Shown one piece after another: positions 58,188 through 64,000 of a DNA stretch of 64,000 nucleotides. The position numbers and the translations under genes are program-made. The stretch comes from Candidatus Bathyarchaeia archaeon (lineage in GTDB: Archaea > Thermoproteota > Bathyarchaeia > Bathyarchaeales > Bathycorpusculaceae): assembly GCA_049512075.1 (NCBI GenBank), contig JBEKXL010000001.1:128001-192000 (forward strand). The letters run 5' to 3'. The notes beneath the pieces are model-generated. The model saw nothing but the letters and a program-made list of their open reading frames with translations. It was not told the origin of the DNA and did not search any database. Every line of letters starts with the position of its first letter. Within the stretch, counting starts at the first letter, position 1.

Positions 58188-61100
58188 TTGGTAAGAGTTC
58201 TGGCCTTGAAAAGGAAGCTATTGGTTCTAGGCATAATCATCATGATGACCTCATTATTCGTCAAGCTAGAACCCGATGTGAACGCCCAACCCGGCTCAGA
58301 GTATCAGAGATACGTGCTCAATTACTCAAACGGCACTTACATCGGAAAGCCAATGTTTCCGGTACTGATTAACGATTCTCAAATACTTGTGGGTCAAAAC
58401 TGGACGATAGTATGTCCCCTGGAGGCCGCTCATTCTTATCACGCTTACCTTTACGGCGCTTGGGTCAACAACGGATCGCAGCCAAAAACAGACTACAACG
58501 TCTACGTCTACGACCCAAACGGTGCACTAGTGGGCATACACACGGAATCCGCGGGGCTACTTGAACACCTAGGAGACACTGTGGATACACCGTTCTTCAC
58601 GCCGGAAAAAACAGGCAACTACACCTTCATAATAGCAAACAATGCAGGAACAAGCCAAGCAGCACAACAAGCAACATTCATGATAATAGAAAACATCCAG
58701 ACAAACACTTGGTACCAACAATACATCGCGGGCCAAATATTCGGCATGCCCATGTTCAACACCAGCTGGGCCTACGACTTTGTGACAAACAGCCAGAACG
58801 TGGAAGTGCAAGTCAAAGTACCTTATACATTAGACATGTACGAAGCCAGGCTCTACGTCATGGCAGACCCGACAGTCCCAAATGAGACAGTCCTGGACGG
58901 CGTACCACTGGCATGGGAACCAGGACTCTACGGCAACACAACCAGCACAACCATGACAGGCACATCTGGCACGAACGCAACAATAGGCGGCTACAACTTA
59001 GACGCTGAAGGGTACCGAGGAGTAGCCTACGCAAGCTGCGAATACCCAGGCCAAGACATGCTCATAAACTACACGTCACCACACAGAGGGCAAACCCTGT
59101 ACCACCTGGTACTAATAGGCGAGTACGGCTCAGGAACAGTTGACTTCCTAGTCAAAACAATATTCGACGCTTCCCTGCAACCGTCAATAGTCCCGGGCAA
59201 CGTGTATTTGGACACTGATGCCACCATATCTTATGTTTTAGAGTCCACGGACCTCATTAACGCAACCCTACGATACTCAACCAACAACTGGACAACCACA
59301 ACCACGATTCCAATGGAAATCTCAGACGACAACAGAACCTGCACCGCAGTCATTCCCGCACAAGCTGCAAGCACACTTGTCACCTACAGCGTCCAAGCCT
59401 ACGATTATCTAGAAGACTTACTTGTTGCAAGTGGAAACTATACCGTGAGGCAATCTTCGTTAACCTTCTTAACAAAACCCATGTTCCCAGTAATATTCAA
59501 CAATTCCCAGATCGAGATAGGCCGAGACTGGAGCGTCGTCACCACTTTGCAGGCAGGTCATTCTTATCACGCTTACCTTTACGGCGCCTTCGCGAACAAC
59601 GGGTCACAGCCAAAAACCGAATACGACGTCTACCTTTACGACCCAAACGACACGCTCGTGGGTTACCACACAGAATCCGCAGGACTACTTCAACACTTGG
59701 GCGACACCGTGGACGCGCCGTACTTCACGGCGAAAAGCACTGGCAACTACACGTTCATAATCGCAAACAATGCAGGCGCAAGCCAAGCAGCACAACAAGC
59801 AACATTCATGATTATCGAAAACATTCAACTCAACACTTGGCACCAGCAATACATAGAAGGAGAAGATAACAACAACTCGTCCGCCTTGAACACCAGTTGG
59901 GCCTACGATTTTGTAACGGGCAGCAAGCAAGTGGAAGTAGACGTCAAAGTTCCTGACGCACTGGACATGTACGAGGCCAGACTCTACCTTATGGCCGATC
60001 CGACAGTCGCAAACGAGACAATCTTGAACGACGTACCACTAGCATGGGAACCAGGACTCTACGGCAACAGAACTGGCATCTTCGGCGGCTACAACTTGAA
60101 CAGTGAAGGGTACCGAGGAGTAGCCTACGCAAGCTGCGAATACCCAGGCCAAGACATGCTCATAAACTACACGTCACCAGACGCTGGGCAAACCCTGTAC
60201 CACCTGGTACTAATAGGCGAGTACGGCTCAGGAACGGTACAGTTCCGAGTCAAGACCGTGTTTGACCCTGCCTTGCTGCCGTCAATAGTGCCAGATAAGG
60301 TGTACCCAGACGCTGACGTTACAATCGCTTACGTTTCAAAGTCCACAGACCTCATTAACGCAACCCTACGATACTCAACCAACAACTGGACAACCACAAC
60401 CACGATTCCAATGGAAATCTCAGACGACAACAGAACCTGCACCGCAACAATCCCAAGACAGGCCGCAGATACATTCGTCTTTTTTGGAGTTGAAGCTTAC
60501 GACTCTCTGGATAACAGGCTTATCGCTTACGGAAACTATACTGTAATACGAAGCTCGACCTATCTCGAAAAACCGATGTCACCCGTATGGTTCGATGATT
60601 CCCAGATGGAGATAGGCCGAAACTGGAACGTCACCTGCCTACTAGAAGCAAACCGAACCTACCACGTCTACCTTTATGGCGCTTGGGTGAACAACGGATC
60701 TAACCCGAAAACAGACTACAACGTCTACGTCTACGACCCCTACGGCAATTCTGAAAGCAACCACACCGCGTCTGCGGGACTACTTCAACACCTGGGCGAC
60801 ACCTCAGATACACCCTTCTTCACTCCAAGATACAGTGGCAACTACACCTTCCAAATAGTGAACAGTGCCGAGGGAAGCGTTGAAGCTCAGCAGGCAACTT
60901 TCATGATAATCGAAGACGTTGAACCCAACACGTGGAATCAACGTTACATAGAAGGCACGAACAACGGTGTCCCAACTCTTAACACGAGCTGGGGCTACGA
61001 ATTTGTAACCGACAGCCACAATGTACAGATTCTAGTCAGCGTTCCAGACACGTTAACCATGTACGAGGCTAGGCTTTACCCGATGGCCGATCCAACAGTA

Positions 61101-62090
61101 AAGAATGAAACCATCCTAGACGGCGTACCACTAGCTTGGGAACCAGGACTCTACGGCAACACAATTAGCACAACCAACGCAACAGGGGGAACAGGCACAA
61201 CCGTCACCATAGGCGGCTACAACTTGGATGCTGAAGGGTACCGAGGGGTAGCTTTTGCAACCTGCGATCACGCGGGTCAGGACATGCTCATAAACTACAC
61301 GTCACCACACGCAGGGCAAACCCTGTACCACTTGGTACTCATAGGCGGAAAAGGTAGCGGGACAGTGGAGTTTCTGGTCAAAACAATTTTCAATGCCAGT
61401 TTGCAGGCGTCAATCGTCCCGGGCAGGTTGTATCCCAATGACACCGGCCTAGTCGCCTATGTTTCCACTTCAACGGACTTAATTAACGCAACGCTACAGT
61501 ACTCAACCAACAACTGGGGAAATGCAACTACCATCCCAATGGAAATCTTTGACAACAGAACGTGCAGAACGACTATTCCGGGACAAGTTGCTGGAACAAA
61601 CGTGGTTTACGGAATCGAAGCTACAGATTTGCTGACAGACATTCTTGTTGCCAACGGAAGCTACACCGTGAAGAACCCCTCAATGCTTAACATAACTGTG
61701 ATCCGTCCAACGGTAACATTTGGGGACAACATAACCGTCAAAGGCTCCATGACTCCACAGGCAGCGGGCATGCCTATCACTGTTTATTTTGACTCTGGAA
61801 ACGATAGCGAAAACATAGTGTGTTTCACGCTTGCAGATGGTTCGTTCACGGCAAGCCTCTCGTCGAATGCCACGGGAACTTGGAACGTTCAAGCTGTGTT
61901 CTATGAGGATGCGTCAACTTATGGAAGCATGAGCCAACAATTGGTGGCAACCGTTGAAGGACCGTCCTTTTTGGCCCAGTATTCTCTCTACATAGGTCTA
62001 GGAGTCGGAGCCGCAGCAGCAGGCTCAGCAATCCTGATGCTATATCTTAGAAAATGGCGTGGTCGCGCACTAGCAGAAGAAGAATGGTGA
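58188..62090 (+). CDS. 1300-aa surface glycoprotein with three tandem ~365-aa repeats and a C-terminal TM anchor
   Basis: Signal peptide; repeated KPM(F/S)PV...MYEARLY...PLAWEPGLYG...GYRGVA...TLYHLVLIG three times; many N-x-S/T sites; C-terminal TM helix. Confidence 0.9.
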   Translation: MVRVLALKRKLLVLGIIIMMTSLFVKLEPDVNAQPGSEYQRYVLNYSNGTYIGKPMFPVLINDSQILVGQNWTIVCPLEAAHSYHAYLYGAWVNNGSQPKTDYNVYVYDPNGALVGIHTESAGLLEHLGDTVDTPFFTPEKTGNYTFIIANNAGTSQAAQQATFMIIENIQTNTWYQQYIAGQIFGMPMFNTSWAYDFVTNSQNVEVQVKVPYTLDMYEARLYVMADPTVPNETVLDGVPLAWEPGLYGNTTSTTMTGTSGTNATIGGYNLDAEGYRGVAYASCEYPGQDMLINYTSPHRGQTLYHLVLIGEYGSGTVDFLVKTIFDASLQPSIVPGNVYLDTDATISYVLESTDLINATLRYSTNNWTTTTTIPMEISDDNRTCTAVIPAQAASTLVTYSVQAYDYLEDLLVASGNYTVRQSSLTFLTKPMFPVIFNNSQIEIGRDWSVVTTLQAGHSYHAYLYGAFANNGSQPKTEYDVYLYDPNDTLVGYHTESAGLLQHLGDTVDAPYFTAKSTGNYTFIIANNAGASQAAQQATFMIIENIQLNTWHQQYIEGEDNNNSSALNTSWAYDFVTGSKQVEVDVKVPDALDMYEARLYLMADPTVANETILNDVPLAWEPGLYGNRTGIFGGYNLNSEGYRGVAYASCEYPGQDMLINYTSPDAGQTLYHLVLIGEYGSGTVQFRVKTVFDPALLPSIVPDKVYPDADVTIAYVSKSTDLINATLRYSTNNWTTTTTIPMEISDDNRTCTATIPRQAADTFVFFGVEAYDSLDNRLIAYGNYTVIRSSTYLEKPMSPVWFDDSQMEIGRNWNVTCLLEANRTYHVYLYGAWVNNGSNPKTDYNVYVYDPYGNSESNHTASAGLLQHLGDTSDTPFFTPRYSGNYTFQIVNSAEGSVEAQQATFMIIEDVEPNTWNQRYIEGTNNGVPTLNTSWGYEFVTDSHNVQILVSVPDTLTMYEARLYPMADPTVKNETILDGVPLAWEPGLYGNTISTTNATGGTGTTVTIGGYNLDAEGYRGVAFATCDHAGQDMLINYTSPHAGQTLYHLVLIGGKGSGTVEFLVKTIFNASLQASIVPGRLYPNDTGLVAYVSTSTDLINATLQYSTNNWGNATTIPMEIFDNRTCRTTIPGQVAGTNVVYGIEATDLLTDILVANGSYTVKNPSMLNITVIRPTVTFGDNITVKGSMTPQAAGMPITVYFDSGNDSENIVCFTLADGSFTASLSSNATGTWNVQAVFYEDASTYGSMSQQLVATVEGPSFLAQYSLYIGLGVGAAAAGSAILMLYLRKWRGRALAEEEW

Positions 62091-63445
62091 CAGACTTACG
62101 GGCTTGCCTCATCTCGACATTCCGAAGAGACATTAAATTCCTGTTTCGTTGATCGAGAAACTGAAAACGCATCAACCCGAAACTTTCCTTCATCCTCAAA
62201 GAGAAGGACCGACCAAATAGGCTAACAAAATATATTCGTGCTGATTTGCACTCTGAAATTCGGGACAGTTTTGCCGAGGGCAGCCACACGGAGCGCGTGC
62301 GTTCGGGGTTCTCAGTATTGCACTTCATAGCACTTTCGGCCTCTTCGATCGTCCAAGCACAATCGAACAGCTCTAAATTACAGCTTCCCAACCTTTAGAC
62401 CCGGGAGAACACGTTCAACTTTCTGGAATCCTGTCCCCCTTCAGGTTCGACTTGCGCAAAGCTTTCATCTGCAACCCATAGCACAGCTTCCGTGCCCCCA
62501 ACGATTACACCTCTTTTTTACCAATCCGAGAACGCTGAAGCTACCAGTTCATTGTTTCTCAGGGAGAGCGAGGCCAAACTTGGGTCGTCTTTCCGATGTT
62601 CAGAGTTGCAGGTTCCGCGCGCGGTGGAAGGGGTCAGTAGGAAAAACATACACCTCTCCATAAACAAGGTAAGAAACGCAAAGCTACCAACAAGAAGCAC
62701 ACTGTGACTCATAGACACAAGCTAACTTGAAACGCAAACAATCAGCTAAGAAAGTCTAGGAATTCTTGCTCGGTCTCTCTTACCGAATGAAACTTTTTTC
62801 TACGTATTCCTGAGCCTGCCCGCAACAGACAGAGTAAACAACAATACAACTACGGTAGGATAATTTGAGGAGCTCTTTGACTTTTCTATCGCAAAGGATG
62901 AAGGCAGAAAGCGAAAATAGGAATTTAGTCTTCCCAACCCTTATGTTTAGATTGTCTAGCGCAAAGCACGCAAACGAAGCTTCGACGGGTTTCAGGTCAA
63001 AGGCATGCGGTATCGAAACAGCGCATCTGCACGGTCAGCTCTCGCCCGAGACAAGTTTGGCAAGGTATGCCCGTCCTCATTTGAACATCCATCGCACAGG
63101 AAGCCAATCTGCCGATTCGAAACCGAATAGAATTTGACTTCAACCATCCAGTTCTAAACGACGTGTTTGAAGCATATTCTATTCAATGTTACTGCTTCTG
63201 CTCTAGTTGCTCGCAAAGATTCTTATGACTTCATCCATTCTATTCGCTTTTGGCCTCATGCATCGGTTCAATGAGCAAAAATGCCTGTTCAGGCAAACGA
63301 ATTGAACAAATCTAGCAGATTTGCCGTTAGCCTTCACGAGCTCTCTAAAAAGACAAATGGGTAGTATCGGTCTCAAAATCTGTTTGCGGTTTGGTTTCAG
63401 AAAAAACGGAAAGAAAATGGGGTGGATCTCGGCTGGAAGAGTTTT

Positions 63446-64000
63446 CTAACCGAGGCTGATAGTTGAATTTGTAGGTAGTCCGCCTGGTATGTCTCTCTGT
63501 ATCATCAAAGCTGCGCCTACGCTGGTTCTAATTTCAACTGTGACCGAACTGTACGAATTCAGCGCATATGTCGGTCCCAGCCAGACGATCATGAATGCCT
63601 TACCATTTTGCTGCAGAACCGTTTCATTCGCGACTAGAGCGTTGTATAGGAAGGCTGTCGCATTTGGCGTAGCTCCGCTCCAATTATTGGAATTCGTTGT
63701 GCTAATGAGGGTCATGATGTCTGTCGCGGTTGAAGTTGTTGAGCCATTGTATACGTTGGCAAGTGAGAAGTTCGCGCCTTCCACCGCAACTACAACGGTG
63801 TTGCCAGCCATGTCTACTTGTTGCTGGGCTACCGCTAGTTTCAATGGAATAGCGAGAGCCGTCACGTTGCAAGTGCTGCCATCGCTGCTTGTCCACGCTG
63901 TTATGTAGCCGTCAAGTTCTAAAGCGCTTGTCGCCTCGTTGATGCCCTTGCTAATCGTTGACTTCGCCGTCTGAGCCGAGTAGAAACCCATGTTGATGAC
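63446..64000 (-). CDS. arlB: Archaellin; 5' end lies outside the window
   Basis: The frame from the window edge reads VINMGFYSAQTAKSTISKGINEATSALELDG, the archaellin N-terminal helix; C-terminal VTVEIRTSVGAALMIQRDIP. Confidence 0.9.
   Translation of the reverse strand, partial: VINMGFYSAQTAKSTISKGINEATSALELDGYITAWTSSDGSTCNVTALAIPLKLAVAQQQVDMAGNTVVVAVEGANFSLANVYNGSTTSTATDIMTLISTTNSNNWSGATPNATAFLYNALVANETVLQQNGKAFMIVWLGPTYALNSYSSVTVEIRTSVGAALMIQRDIPGGLPTNSTISLG

Overview
Archaeal chromosome segment. The gene content (Fen1, EF-1beta, Cdc48, Pth2, TruD, Trm5, TrpB2, GPN GTPase, arcadin-1, PEF-CTERM surface proteins, dockerin remnants) best fits Bathyarchaeia/TACK, which is an inference. Housekeeping blocks alternate with accessory patches at about 0-1.7, 3.7-6.5, 11.4-16.3, 43.7-44.8 and 56.4-63.4 kb. 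The right third holds an interrupted archaellum locus (arlB, arlD/E-like, arlG, arlF, arlH, arlI, arlJ). The strongest observation is that the pcm gene (protein L-isoaspartate methyltransferase) is split by a 32-nt insert that folds into a bulge-helix-bulge motif. Excision at the canonical positions restores the frame and the conserved SAPHMV motif, so this is a candidate archaeal mRNA intron outside cbf5. Other highlights are a ~270-bp element present twice in inverted orientation (dockerin-tail relic plus iterated ATTACA boxes) and a TAGCGCGCGC motif family concentrated at accessory-gene junctions. No tRNA, rRNA, CRISPR array, transposase or integrase was recognised.
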